A DNA stretch of 64,000 nt from Chrysomallon squamiferum (Eukaryota; Animalia; Mollusca): the NCBI GenBank assembly GCA_012295275.1, contig CM022666.1, forward strand, positions 14,942,001-15,006,000, given 5' to 3'. How positions within the stretch are numbered: position 1 is the first letter of the stretch; each line of letters opens with the position of its first letter. Both the position numbers and the translations under genes were made by a program. Of this stretch, positions 28,171 through 42,226 are shown one piece after another. Under the pieces are notes generated by a model. That model did no database searches. It was not told the origin of the DNA and saw nothing but the letters and a program-made list of their open reading frames with translations.

Positions 28171-29424
28171 ATTAAATATGCATCTGATACTAGAGCAAGC
28201 TAGAGGATATATAGTGAAACACATTTTATAAATCATTTACAATAGGAAGAATAAATCTATCCTAACCAGTAAGCTAAACCTAAGCTAGACCCAGTATGAA
28301 GACCCCTTCTTTAATCTTGCCTAATCATTAAGCTTAAGAATTACCCCATGCATACTATGATGCCTGATTCAATACTTTACAAACCCATACATTCTGTGAC
28401 TTTTTCCAGCCACCAACTATAGCAAGTGGCCTTAGAAATAAGCTCAATTTAAAAAAAAAAATAATTTAAGTATTAGAATCTTTAAATGCAGTTTTCCTAC
28501 ATATTATAATAAAATCAAGTTCATTTTTTAACATTAACTCTTCATTTTAATTTGCTACATGTATTCAAGAATGCTTAATTGTTATTCTTACCCAAGGAAG
28601 AAGTCATTACCACATCCATGTCTACTTATTCAGTAGCAACGAATCTTTCACAAGAGAACATACAAAATAAAAAACTGGTTAATCAGAGTACTTACCGAAA
28701 AGTCGAGAATCTATTGCAGTAAATGTTCAGAACAAAAATTTAACAAAACAAAAACTTTTTTATTATCAAAGCATTTTCAAACAGTCATTTCTAGCAATGT
28801 TGTAAAACTGTACTTCAAAAGCAGCAAGTACAAACCATGTTATATTTAACAAAATCTTTTCACATACATTTAGCCCAGTGTAAGAAGACAACAGTTTTTA
28901 ACTTTACAGTTGTTAAAAATTTTAATTACAATTTCTTACACACAACAAACAGATGAAGTTGGTATACAAGTCCTGTTAAGTGTTTAAAATTATGTTTTCA
29001 CAATTTTGGTGTTTTTTTTTTCTTCAGTGTTCACCACCAGTGAGATTTACAATGATTCTGTTTCACAAATGCTAGTTGCGTTCTAAAAACACTGCTGAGA
29101 AAGTCAGTGATGAATTCAAGTGTTATTTTTTTTCACTTCCAGTGTCTGTACAGTGTTCAGTATATTAGCATACAGTGTGAGGTTTCATGTCTACGTAACT
29201 GCCGGCATAATGTCATGACATGAACCAATAATTTAAAAACTTGGATACTTTTTTTTCTTTGTAACTTTTTTTCTGAAATATTTTATCCAAAACTGTCCTT
29301 TCTGAAAATTAAAATCATTTGACAAAACAAGCTTTTTGTTTCAACATTCCCACAACTACTTTAGTGTACTTTAAACAAGTATTAAAGACTTTTATTAAAA
29401 ACAAAATTAAATAAAAAAATAAAA

Positions 29425-29941
29425 TCAGATTTGATCAATGATTTTGTAATTACAGTAAGATACACCACAGTCTGACACTGAGAAAACCTCACACACCATC
29501 AACACACAAAGCTGTTTCTTGTACTCGGGCGGAACTTTGAACATGGGCCCGTGACCTGGGACAATGAAGTCTGCCACTTTCAGAACATTCACTCTGCTCT
29601 GCTCCTGGACCTCTGGCTCCTCGCTGTTCACCTGCCAGATCTCTGGATCCTCAAGATCTGCTTCTCGTTCAAACAAGTCTCCTGAAAATCAAAAAACTTT
29701 ATTGCAACAGGGTTCAGTTACCAGACAGCAAGCTTGCTGATTAATGTCATACTGGTTTAAACTGCTTAATAATAATAATAAAACTAGTTTTATTATTATT
29801 ATTATTATTATTATTTTTTTTTTTATTTTATCCGATCTTTTTTTCTCTTTTTTTTCTTGAAAAATTATATTGCACTGAAGTACAGCAAAATTTATTATTT
29901 CAACAGAAATTGTGCTCATACACATGCTGTGGCATTTTCTC

Positions 29942-29972
<31 letters not shown>

Positions 29973-32900
29973 CAAACAAATGTTATATGAACTGGCTTAA
30001 AAAATAGTATTAAAAATAAGCCAACAATTTTACACGTTTCATGATTTCATTGTTTTTAAACAGTTCAGCAAGTCGTGCTATAAGAACATTTACTAATGTT
30101 TAGGTTTTGTGTTTAATTATTAAGAACCTGTAATGGCGACTGTCCCTTGAGAAGTTTTCTTCACCACAACAGAAACATCGGCTCCAGTGTGTCCAGGAGT
30201 CGCAATCACTTCAACAAATTCGTCAATCTCGTAGGGAATTCCCTGACAACAACAAATTAGTATTAACCCAACTAAAATCTGATTAGTTTCCCCATCCTCA
30301 CTCAAACAAGAGTAAATAAATTTTTCTGATTCCTGTTAAAGAAATTTCAAATCAAACACATACCCTATAATGCAAGACTTGTTCAGATTTATAATTTCTT
30401 ACTATGTGATTTATTTGCATCCTGAAGGCTTGTGCAAGAAGTCAAAAATGTGCTTTAGATGAAGAAAAAAAAAGAAAAAAAAACAGTACAGCTTCCTTTA
30501 TGTCAACACAAAAAATACATTTAACAAATAACTGGTTCAATATTTTAATCTTTTTCATTTATTAATTTATTTAAAAAAAAAAAAAAAAAAAATTATTGTT
30601 TGTATTTGTTATAACTATCTCAAAAATATTATAAAGAGTAAACTAAAATGTTCTTGCTTTATTGTATTAAGTCCTGCATTTGAATCTCTACTTGCCTTTA
30701 AAATGTTTATAACTGGTTATAACATCTTGATATTAAAATCACTGCAATTTAACAACACAAGACCAAACAGCATTAATTTATCTCAGTAGATAATCAATAG
30801 TATTTTTGTTAATAAAAATCTACCTTGAAATCTCATTTCAGAAAATTAATAAATATTAACTATATTAAAAACAAAGTAAACATTGATTTTATAATCTCAG
30901 CTTGCAAACTCTGCAGTTAACCTAAGTGATTATCATTTCTATGTACACTGCTCTGGCATTTTCTCCTCTTTTCTTTCTTTTTTACTATATTTTTTCCCAT
31001 TAACTGTATCAGGAACTTACAAACTGCAGATACATATCTTCCTTAATGTTTTTCTTAATTGCATGGGATTCTCAACCTGTAACTAAATGTTAACAAATAC
31101 CACTTTTCATTTACATTTATATAATTATCATTATAAAGGCAATTATTATAATTATTGTAAATGCCTATTTAAAGGTACCGGCAGCCTGATTTTTAATTAA
31201 TTTAATTTTTAATAAAATATGCAAGAAAATAAGTATAAAATGAAAGCTGCAAAAAATTTATACAAAACACACAAAACATGACTGTCTCTACTGGTTCAAA
31301 AAACACATGCAAATCAATACCATAGGAAACAGGTCTGTTTTTTTAAACCATATTTTGACAAATTGAATGAAAGAGCAAATATTAGCCACTTACAGTTTAA
31401 AAATTAAGTGATGTAAAAGACTTACAATAAACAAGAGTGCTGGGGCCAACTTGTTAAATGAATTTAATGTTTTGCAGAGCTGTAAGTTTTGTGTGTGTAT
31501 GTTCACAATAACATGCTGAACATGCTGTAGTTGTCAAAATGGAAGGAGACAGAAAATGCCCCTAAAATTACTAAAAATGACATACTTAAAACTATATTTT
31601 TAATTTAAAAAAAGTACCTTTTCAGTTTGAAGTAAAAAATGTTAGCCAGGTCACCCTTATGTTTGGCCCACAGCAAACATTTTCTCGCTCCTTAAGCCCC
31701 AAAACTTCTCAGACAAGGTGGGGTAGTTTCAACAAGAAAACAGAATTTAACATTTATTTGTAGTTGTTTATAGTTTAAAGAGCTAAAGATCTGCAGTCAC
31801 TGAAAGAATTATTATCATTCAGCTGATCCTTGGGATTTTGGGCTGGTTTCCCCATTGTAGTGGATTTCCAAAATACCACGGATTTAAAAGTTCTTACTAT
31901 CCTATTAGTGCAATTAATCTGATGTTATTTTAATGTTTAAGTAGCATATCTTTCAATCTTATAATTTGATTGTATTTTCTCAGCACATTTTGATCTGAGA
32001 ACTGGATTAAACTGACACAGGATTAATTTCATTAACCATATCCTGCAAGTATTATGATGGTGACAACAAAAATACATTCCATTCCATAACACAGTGACAT
32101 GGCAAACATCCAAGTTTGTCTTATTTTCAATGAAAACATACGTGGTACTGAGCAACTGTAATTTCAGGGCTGCAAATTTAGGTCCAATAAGTCACTTGGT
32201 GAGAAGACCTACTGCACAGTTCACTGCTAGTAAGAGTCTTCCGAATTATCCAGTACAGCTGCACCACATTCACCCATACCTTTCTGATGCTTGTTCACAC
32301 ATTTAGGACCGAACTTGTCAGGCAGGCCAAGACAGAAACCACGTCAATTCACAACCAAGCAATAAGACAACTATCTGACTTAAACAAATGACATGTTTTA
32401 TTATAAAGTCCCAAGGCATTTTAAACAGCGCCAATCCTTTCAAGCTGCACATAAAATCAATGGCAATTTGGCTTAATGAGAAACAGAAGTTAAGGTGATT
32501 TCGCTACACATATGCAACTTTCAAATGCCCAGCTGTTCTATGCCAAATATTTTGAACATCTTTTGAAAGGTAACTGAAACTCCTTTCATTTGATTATCTG
32601 TTTGTGGGGTTTCTTTTCCGTGAAATTGTGTTATATTTTGTTTCAAGGCAAACAAAAACATTTTTGGACTCAACTTTTGCCAGAGACAACACACACATTG
32701 TTAGAAAGATTGAACTTTGACCTTCCTGGATGTGAAGCAACAGTTGCATAGTTAAGACAAGTATTTCAAGAGCCACACATTTTTTGACTTTTTGCTATTT
32801 TACAAATGACTTCTTTAACACATGACAAAAACAACACTGCCATTTAAAAGAACACAATGATCTTTATTTCCATATTATGTTTTTCATATTAAAATTTATA

Positions 32901-35065
32901 CATGGGATTTGGGAGTGGAGGAAAAATTAATAAAATCTGCACTTTCAATATCTTTGTTCAATTATGTCAGGCTGCTGGTACCTACTTTAACCAACACTGG
33001 CAAACATGCTGAACGCCTCAACCTTATCTGCCAGAAAAATAAAATACTTACAAGTTATCTTCTTACTATTTTACTGATATTACTGTCACCAAGCTCCACA
33101 TTTAAAAAAAAAGTAATAACAAATAGAATTGTTACGAGTTAACAAACCTCTTTGAAGTCGTGTTTCAGGTACTGGTCACCCACACAGATGTCGTACGCAA
33201 CGATGTGTATGGCTCTTGAGAAGAGGTTGAGGTTGCCGATGCGGTCTAAGTGCCCATGTGTGCAGACAACGTAGTCAACTTTCTCTGGTGACACCTGATT
33301 TTTCTCAAGACCTAAAAATTAGTTGTGTTTTGTTTTAACTTTAAGATAACTATTTTATTAACTGTTATAAGATATCAGCAATGCTTGTTACACTTACAAA
33401 CCAGTAATTATTGTTACAGTATTATACCCGAACTTGCTACATCCAGCATAATGTGTTTACAGTTACGTTTTCAGGGATTTGTTTCCCCCCATACACATTT
33501 TTCAGTGCTGTAAATGTATCATTAATGATGTTATAACTTTTGAATTTACAATTTTTATCTTAGTAAAATCTAAAAAAATAAAGAAAAAAAATTATGAAAA
33601 TCCCATAACTGAAATATTTTTTAAAATGTCATGTTGTGAAATCTTTTATTGACAAATTTTATAAATATATATATATACACACACATATAGATTATAGACA
33701 CACACATACAGATGTGTGTGTGTGTGTGTGTGTGTGTTGAAACATTTAAAAAAGATCAAGTTTTCTTAAGACATTGCCACCATGTGGTTACCTTGTAACA
33801 TTGGCCCCAGTGTTTAACTGTGTTAGTGCTTACATTAAAACACAGACTATTACCCTGTAACATTGGCCCACAGTGTTTAACTGTTAGTGCTTACGTTAAA
33901 ACACAGACTATTACCCTGTAACATTGGCCCACAGTGTTTAACTGTGTTAGTGCTTACGTTAAAACACAGACTATTACCCTGTAACATTGGCCCACAGTGT
34001 TTAACTGTGTTAGTGCTTACATTAAAACACAGACTATTACCCTGTAACATTGGCCCAGTGTTTAACTGTGTTAGTGCTTACGTTAAAACACAGACTATTA
34101 CCCTGTAACATTGGCCCACAGTGTTTAACTGTGTTAGTGCTTACGTTAAAACACAGACTATTACCCTTTAACATTGGCCCACAGTGTTTAACTGTGTTAG
34201 TGCTTACGTTAAAACACAGACTATTACCCTGTAACATTGGCCCACACAGTGTTTAACTGTGTTAGTGCTTACGTTTAAAACACAGACTATTACCCTGTAA
34301 CATTGGCCCACAGTGTTTAACTGTGTTAGTGCTTACATTAAAACACAGACTATTACCCTGTAACATTGGCCCACAGTGTTTAACTGTGTTAGTGCTTACA
34401 TTAAAACACAGACTATTACCCTGTAGCAGCAGGTCTTTATCACAAGCGTTTCCTGTGTCAACCACAATTGTGTGAGACCCTTTCAGGAGTGTGATGGTTC
34501 CACAAGCTCTCTGGTGATCTGTAACACAAGTGAAAATTAAAATTTTACATTTCAATTAATTTCAATCCTTTCAGTCCATTTTTTTTTTATTGATGTCATT
34601 TAATATATCTGGACATTTTACATACAGGTTATTTAATTGTGAAAAAAAAAAAAAAAAAAAAATTATGTAAAGGTATTAGATTTCAGATGCACATTTCATG
34701 CACAGTTTTAAGTTTTTATGAAGTTTTATGATCCCAAGATGGAAATAAAATAAAATACGATTAGTTAAAGTGAATATCAACAGTTAATGGGAATTTTTAC
34801 TGCATTTTTTAAAAAGTACTTTAAAAATTATAAAAAGTTAAAGATCTTTCTGACAGGTCAAAGGAAGATAAGGAGAGTCCCTTCCTTGTTGTGATATCCC
34901 ATGGACATTTTCTTTAAAATTCAATTTATTTTGCTAACAGGATGATAGAATTTATTTTTCTCCGTTATAAGTAAAAAATTTAAAATACTAAATACAATAT
35001 TCAAAATTCTCACCTGCACCATCTTGTGTACAGTACCCTTCTTTCAGAACAATGACATCATACAT
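29425..35065 (-). CDS. MBLAC1: Metallo-beta-lactamase domain-containing protein 1-like, 5 exons
   Basis: Exons 35065-35014, 34518-34420, 33311-33148, 30242-30128 and 29681-29425 are all GT-AG and phase-compatible. Motifs: MYDVIVLKEGY, TITLLKG..IVVDTG, YVVCTHGHLDRIGNLNLF, TPGHTGADVSVVV, VAITGDLFERE, ADFIVPGHGPMF. Confidence 0.9.
31173..32983. mobile_element. Non-autonomous TIR DNA element (Kolobok-like, TTAA flank) in MBLAC1 intron 3
   Basis: 17-bp TIRs AGGTACCGGCAGCCTGA / TCAGGCTGCTGGTACCT (1 mismatch). Left flank is TTAA, right flank is acTTTAA. Confidence 0.6.
33790..34425. repeat. 63-bp minisatellite, ~10 copies, abutting the MBLAC1 exon-2 donor
   Basis: Unit ctgtaacattggcccacagtgtttaactgtgttagtgcttacgttaaaacacagactattacc. 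Confidence 0.95.
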
Positions 35066-35829
35066 GGTTAGTCGAAGGGCAGGATACTACAGCTTAATGT
35101 GAAACCCTCTCACACTCTACGACTTGAAATTGAATAACAGCATTTCTCATTCAAACATTAACTGTTAACTGCCATAAAAATGTTCTCAGTACTAGATTTC
35201 AACCACCTTCAAACATATGACTAGTCTCTGATAATGTACTTTGTCATACTGCTGTAATTTTTAATTATTTTATAAAATTTTATAACCAGAACTGTGTTGT
35301 ATAATGAAGTCAATAACAACTGTCTTCAGACCAATTACAGAGAAGATATTGTGATAGTGAATGGTTTATTTTCTATTAAAAGAAGTATTTTGTTTTAAAC
35401 AGTCCAAGTATTCTCTCTGAATGTAGTAAAAATTGTTACAGCAATGGAGTAATAAATTAGCAATACAGAAATGTTTTGCATTTAAAACAATTTAAAATAA
35501 TTTAACTGACACCACATATTCAAATTAAACATTTAATACTGATTTATGCATTGTATATATGACATTAATTACGTTTTAACAGCAAACAGAGACATTAAAA
35601 TGCAATGAAAGTTAATTTTGCAATTTAAAATAGTTAAATAGTAACTATTACTATTAGTATCAGTTATTACTCAGAATTTACTGTATTAAAACTTAAAAGT
35701 AAGCACTCAAGTAGACACTATAAAATAAAAATAAAACTTTAAATAAATAAATAAATAAATAACAGGATAACATTTTATGGTGAGATATACATGCAAAATG
35801 GTTTTGCTACGTTTATTATGAATCTTTTT

Positions 35830-36030
35830 ACCTTTCTAAAAGCTTATGCTTTCGTTTTGATTTCGCCGAAAATCATCGACAGCTCTCCTATCACCACTTC
35901 CAACCCACTCCGACTAACACTGAAATGCGCATGGTAAAGAAAAAACTTCCGGTTCAAAACTATCTTTCGTGCATATTCGAGAATTTTCTGGATAAGTTCG
36001 GAACTATTCGTCCGTTTCCGAGGCATACAA
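35830..36030 (-). promoter_or_regulatory. Probable MBLAC1 promoter / first non-coding exon
   Basis: Local CpG enrichment, ETS-type ACTTCCGG near 35945 and a donor-like AAAG|GTAAAA near 35831, about 0.8 kb upstream of the ATG. Confidence 0.4.
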
Positions 36031-36122
36031 ATAATTTTGTTCATTAGAAAGGCCTTGTGTATCCAGTTTAAAATGCAACTACTACAGTAATAATTATGTT
36101 ACCTTACCATTTAGCTTGATGT

Positions 36123-36166
<44 letters not shown>

Positions 36167-36910
36167 CTATTAATTTATTTATTATTTTAATTATACGCAT
36201 TCTCGTAAATTTAAAAAGACCAAAACATTATAGTTATGTGAAATTACATAGTCTCCTGTCTCACGAAATTTATATGATGATGTTTTATATTAAAACGCGT
36301 TATCCATTCATTCATGAGTTTGTTTCTGTATCTCTTTGCGCGCGCATTCATGCTTATTTAGATGATGGGATGTCGTTCAACATTCTTTCACAGATATGAG
36401 GGGGATGTCATTACATTATAATGATAAACTCGTAAAAAGAAACTCAGCAGAAACCATGTCATGCTCGAGTTTCTTACAGATGACATTTTTTCAGTCTTCA
36501 TATCGTTATTAATTCAGCTATGATCATTACTTCATTTATACGCAAAGTAATTCCCTAACACGTTCACTAATAGCAGTGGTCTAATCAAATTCTTCCAAGT
36601 GATTATTTTATTGTTTTGTGTGAGCTAACGTCACTCATAATTAAAACAAAGTATGAATGAAAAAAAAAAAAAAAAAAAAAAAAACTGTTATACAAAATCA
36701 ACTCGTGTGAACGCTGCCATTTTATCACTTCACACCTTTATATGCAACATCACCGAAACTGAAAAACTCTAAATAAAAATTAAAAAAGCACAAAAAGATG
36801 ATTAAATGTTTAATCCAGTGTTTGCGTATAAAAATATTAAAAATGGCATCTTGTAAAAGTATGTCTCTGTATACATAGCTGTATAATAATTATTCTATCT
36901 CTTGTTTTAG

Positions 36911-36971
<61 letters not shown>

Positions 36972-37613
36972 GTGACAGAATAAGCATTATAAAACGTTCA
37001 TGTGTATTTTTCATAAAATAAAATTTTTCTCTCTGAAGATGTATATTTTGAACAATATAAAAATTGAACAAAGCCAAATGTATACAAAAGGTCACTGATA
37101 ACATGAAAATATAATTATTTTTAAAATATCAAAGTTACAAAATAAAAAACAAAATACATGTTTAAGAAAGAAAAGAGTATAAAATCTTCAAAAATTAGAA
37201 TGGTATAAAATTAAGATTTTTCAAAATAAAACTACTGAAGGGTGAATTTGTTAAAATAATGTACTGTGTACTACAGTGGCTGCAGAGATCTTTAGAGCTA
37301 GAAGGAAATACTGTTTTCCTTCATGAAAGTGTAATTCGCCATATCATTTAAGGAAAAAGAGAATATTTCAGAATTACAAAACTAACGTCTGTAATGTGAC
37401 ACCATTGTGTTACCATGGTGATAACACTACACTAATTATGTTTTAATCCATCACAATGACAATACAATCTTGTCATACATACTGCAGACATCACATTATT
37501 GTTACAATGTGTTTTTAAAACTAGTTTTTTTTCACAAAGTAATCCCTTACGGTGTCATATTAGTTTTACAATATAAACCATTTTGGTGAAGTTACATTAT
37601 TTTTACAATTTAT

Positions 37614-37645
<32 letters not shown>

Positions 37646-37984
37646 CTGTTTATGATTAGTTTAAAAAATATATACACCTGAGCACCTGAGAGATTAAACA
37701 GTTTCTGTTTAATGCTTGAAACATGTTTATATTTTAAAATAAATTGCCTACGTAATAACTGTAAACCTACTTTTGGGCCACCCTAAGAATCACTCACTGC
37801 TCAGTGATGATGAGATGTCAGTGTTGAGGGAGTGTCCTGTCACTCTGCTGGAAATGCTGTCAGATATTAACACGTATTTCAGGTCTGGCAGTGTAAAATA
37901 ATATACTACTACTTGCATGAAAGTGTTTGTACCTACTGTGTGGGATATTAACAAAAACCTCTTTAGTAATATGTGGCAGAGATG

Positions 37985-38760
37985 AGGGTAACCAGTGTAA
38001 GAACTGTAACGAGTACCTGCTTGGTAATATGTGGCAGAGTGTAACTATTGTAAGAACAGTAACGAGTACCTGCATGGTAATGTGTGCAGAGTGTAACTAT
38101 TGTAAGAACAGTAACGAGTACCTGCATGGTAATGTGTGTAGAGTGTAACTATTGTAAGAACAGTAACGAGTACCTGCATGGTAATGTGTGCAGAGTGTAA
38201 CTATTGTAAGAACAGTAATGAGTACCTGCATGGTAATGTGTGCAGAGTGTAACTATTGTAAGAACAGTAACGAGTACCTGCATGGTAATGTGTGCAGAGT
38301 GTAACTATTGTAAGAACAGTAACGAGTACCTGCTTGGTAACATGTGCAGAGTGTAACTAGTGTAAGAACAGTAACGAGTACCTGCTTGGTAATGTGTGCA
38401 GAGTGTAACTATTGTAAGAACAGTAACGAGTACCTGCATGGTAATGTGTGCAGAGTGTAACTATTGTAAGAACAGTAACGAGTACCTGCATGGTAATGTG
38501 TGTAGAGTGTAACTATTGTAAGAACAGTAACGAGTACCTGCATGGTAATGTGTGCAGAGTGTAACTATTGTAAGAACAGTAACGAGTACCTGCTTGGTAA
38601 CATGTGCAGAGTGTAACCATTGTAAGAACAGTAACGAGTACCTGCTTGGTAACATGTGCAGAGTGTAACCAGTGTAAGAACAGTAACGAGTACCTGCTTG
38701 GTAACATGTGGGAGAGATGGGTGTACCCAGGGTATGAACAGTAACAACTACTTGGTGGTA
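37985..38760. repeat. 52-bp minisatellite, ~14 copies, downstream of the IL-1R-like stop codon
   Basis: Unit gagtgtaactattgtaagaacagtaacgagtacctgcatggtaatgtgtgca. Confidence 0.95.
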
Positions 38761-38977
38761 ACATAGTATGAGATGGTTGCATCCACTCTGGAAGTGGCTT
38801 GATGCTGTGATAATCTTAGCACCACTCTGACGACACAAAATGTAATTTCTGGATTCAGGCTGGAGGCTGCACCTGATCTGTGAAATCATAATAATACCAA
38901 AGAACTGCTCCAGAACAACAGCAGCAGCAGCAGCAGGAACACACCAGTTGGGGTTGCACAGACACTGGAAACGTTTT

Positions 38978-39632
38978 TTAGTTCGATACAAGTAATTGCT
39001 CGTGAGATGGGTCCTCATGATTTATTCGTTGTTTGGGTAATTTTTTCTTAATGGACTTCCAGAATTTATTTACTGTGTTTTCATCCGTTTGTGCATCTGG
39101 CAAAGTCAAGGTGAGAATGACCTTCAGCTGACGCCTGAGGTCACAAGGAGTATTCTTCCACGCTGATTTGGAAATGTCTGCTTCCTTTATGAGTATCATG
39201 TATGGTCCTCCAATCAAACTTGTTGCTGTTTTGCAAATAAAATTGAACTGTTTTTCTGTCAAGCTTTCACTAGAAATGAACACAATGGCACAACAAACTT
39301 TTGGAAACATGCCTGTCTGCCCAGTTGTTTCACCTGAAGATTAAAAATCACAACATTTACATAAAAAAGGATTACAAAGGCATATAGAACAATACTGTTG
39401 TCATTAATTAGATTAAATACAGATACAGCATGACATTCCTTTAATTAACTGATGGTTAAAAAAAAACAGAGTCAGTGGTTGGCTATTGTACAGTCATTAA
39501 ACAGAAAAACAAAAATTATCATAACAAAACCTTCAAGCAGACACACATACATAAGAATATAATCGTACGTATAATCATACAGCATAAATAAACATACACA
39601 ATGACAGACACACACACACACAGAAAATACAT

Positions 39633-39667
<35 letters not shown>

Positions 39668-42188
39668 TAATTATTTCAGTGTATGTGTGTGTTTATACAT
39701 ACATACAGAAAAGATTAATTTCAAACAATACATGAAAGCCGAGGGGAAAAAGATAGAAAATGCTGCTAGAAATGCAAACATTTAGAAAACAGGCAACACA
39801 TACCACGGCCTGCAGACATATCACCAGCGTCATGACTGAAATAGACTTTGTAATGTTTTCTCAGATGTGGCAGAAGTGTCTTCCTTACTGTTGCAACATC
39901 CTCATCTACACAAACAACTGCAGTGTCATACATGAACTGACCTGTTAAACAGCAACACAACGTTACCAATAGCAATACCATGTTACCGCTAGCAACACCA
40001 TCTTTACTGATAGCACCACCATCTTTACTGATAGCAACACCATCTTTACCACTCAAAGTTTACCTCATTAATCTAAACATATTTAAAATACACTATTTAT
40101 CCATTTTATGCCATTTTAATTATGTTTATCTGTACTATTATGAAGAGTTCATCAAAATAGACACTTTATTCTTCGCCAGTTATGTTTTATTTGTTTTATG
40201 TTGTCCAGTATTAATTAATAAAAAAAAAAAAAATTATAAAAAAAGTGTAACAACCAGAGAGTAGAGATTTAAATTAAATTTATCTCAGGTGATACGAAAA
40301 TTCATATAAATATTTTCCATATATGAGATATTTATTTTTAAATCCATTTTATGCTGTTTTATTCTTAAAAAATAATAAAGTATAACAATGAAAAATGTAC
40401 ACTTTAAATTAATTAGATTTACTTGGATTATGAATAGTTAGTCCAAATATATTCCCTAAACTTCCTAGTTATGTTTTATTTGTTTTATACTGTCCAATCT
40501 TAATTAATTAAATAAAAGAATAACAACAAACGAACAGTTTTTAGAATATCTTGCAGTATTTACATATGCACAGAACTGCTTAAATTTTTTATCTAAAGCT
40601 TGTCAGGAAAAAAATGCAGCTGCTGCTACTACAACTCTACATGTATCTGATGATGCTGTGACTTCAAATGTGACAGTATAAAATGACAGCATTCAAATAT
40701 TTAGTAACACTATTAACTGACTGTCATTCTTTGTTTTGAACAAAGACAGATCCCACAAAACAACAAAAACGTTAACAGGAAAAGATCAAAGGTTTTGTTA
40801 AAATATTTATTAATACAGGTAAACTTTGATTAATTAATTCATTAAAATTTACTTCTATTTTCTTCATTAAATTCCAGCTATTGTTTGTTTTTTCTTGATG
40901 ATGATGATAGATCCTCTTAGGACCAAACATTCAGCAGCACTGAAAATTTACACACTTCATTCAGATAATCCATGAAATACTGATTTTAACTTAATTTGGA
41001 GAAAAGAAACACATTCCAAAATGGCAGCTTATTCAAATCTTGCTATGTTTTTTTAACTGTTACACTTATTACTGGCAAACACTTTCTTTAGTATCACTGT
41101 GATATATAGATAGATAGATAGATAGATACTCACAGATACATGAACATATTAATAAAGAAAAGAAAATTTAGATATACAATTTTTTTTTTTTTTTTTTTTC
41201 ACCTTGACGCGAGTTTGGGTAACATTTGACCTTGAACCAGAACGAGATCTGTGCAAAGTGAAGCTTGCAGCATGTGACTACAACAACAGCTACGACAACA
41301 GCCAGTAACGCCATGAACGCTGTCAGTATTATGTACTCCCTGGTAAAACCTGCTTTAACATCTGCAAAAACAAAAATTTTATTACAAAAATGTTGTCTTC
41401 TAATTACAAGTTCAAATTATATAGTAAAACAGACAGTCTGAGAGAGACAGAGAGAGACAGAGAGACAGACAAATATCCCATATAAATGTTAATGACCTGC
41501 AATTTATGTTTATGACTTGATTTTTATGATACTAAAGTAATTATTCATAAATATACATTTATTTTGTTTCAGCCTGCTTAATTCTTCCTTCTTTTTTTAC
41601 TAGATGTTTCTATGAACAACATTATTATTATTATTACAGTCATTATTATTATTGTTATTATTAAACTGAAAGAAATGTAGCAAAATATAAGGCAAACACT
41701 AGAGTATTTGCTTTATTATTAAATAGTAATTAATGAAATTAACTAAATAAAATAAATAAATAAGTAAACAATTAAATAACTAAATTGTTATAAATAAATA
41801 AATATAAATAAAATAAGTAAACAAATAAATAAATCAAATGTTATAAATAAATAAAATGTTATAAATAAATAAAAATAAATAAATCAAGTAAACAAATAAA
41901 TAAATAAATAAAATGTTATAAATAAATAAAAATAAATAAATCAAGTAAACAAATAAATAAATAAAATGTCATAAATAAATAAACAGCTACAAAAAAGGTA
42001 ATGATGAAGACGAAGAACACTTATCACAACTCACAGATAGGCAATATAAACACTCTGAACTGCAGGAGATCAACATTGCAGATGTAAGTTTGAGAAAAAT
42101 TCTCTTTCTTGACAAAGTTGATGGTCAAGTTGGCTCCAACAATGTTCTGCATACCGAATCTGTATGTAAAAACATTTATTAGAATTAT

Positions 42189-42226
<38 letters not shown>

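Noticed and set aside
33790-38760. Regular repeat arrays as possible CRISPR arrays
   Set aside because: The units are head-to-tail with no unique spacers and no cas genes, in a eukaryotic intron/UTR context.
38461-39018. 185-aa ORF overlapping the TIR end
   Set aside because: It is an alternative frame running into the 52-bp minisatellite. The TIR frame already terminates at 38978.
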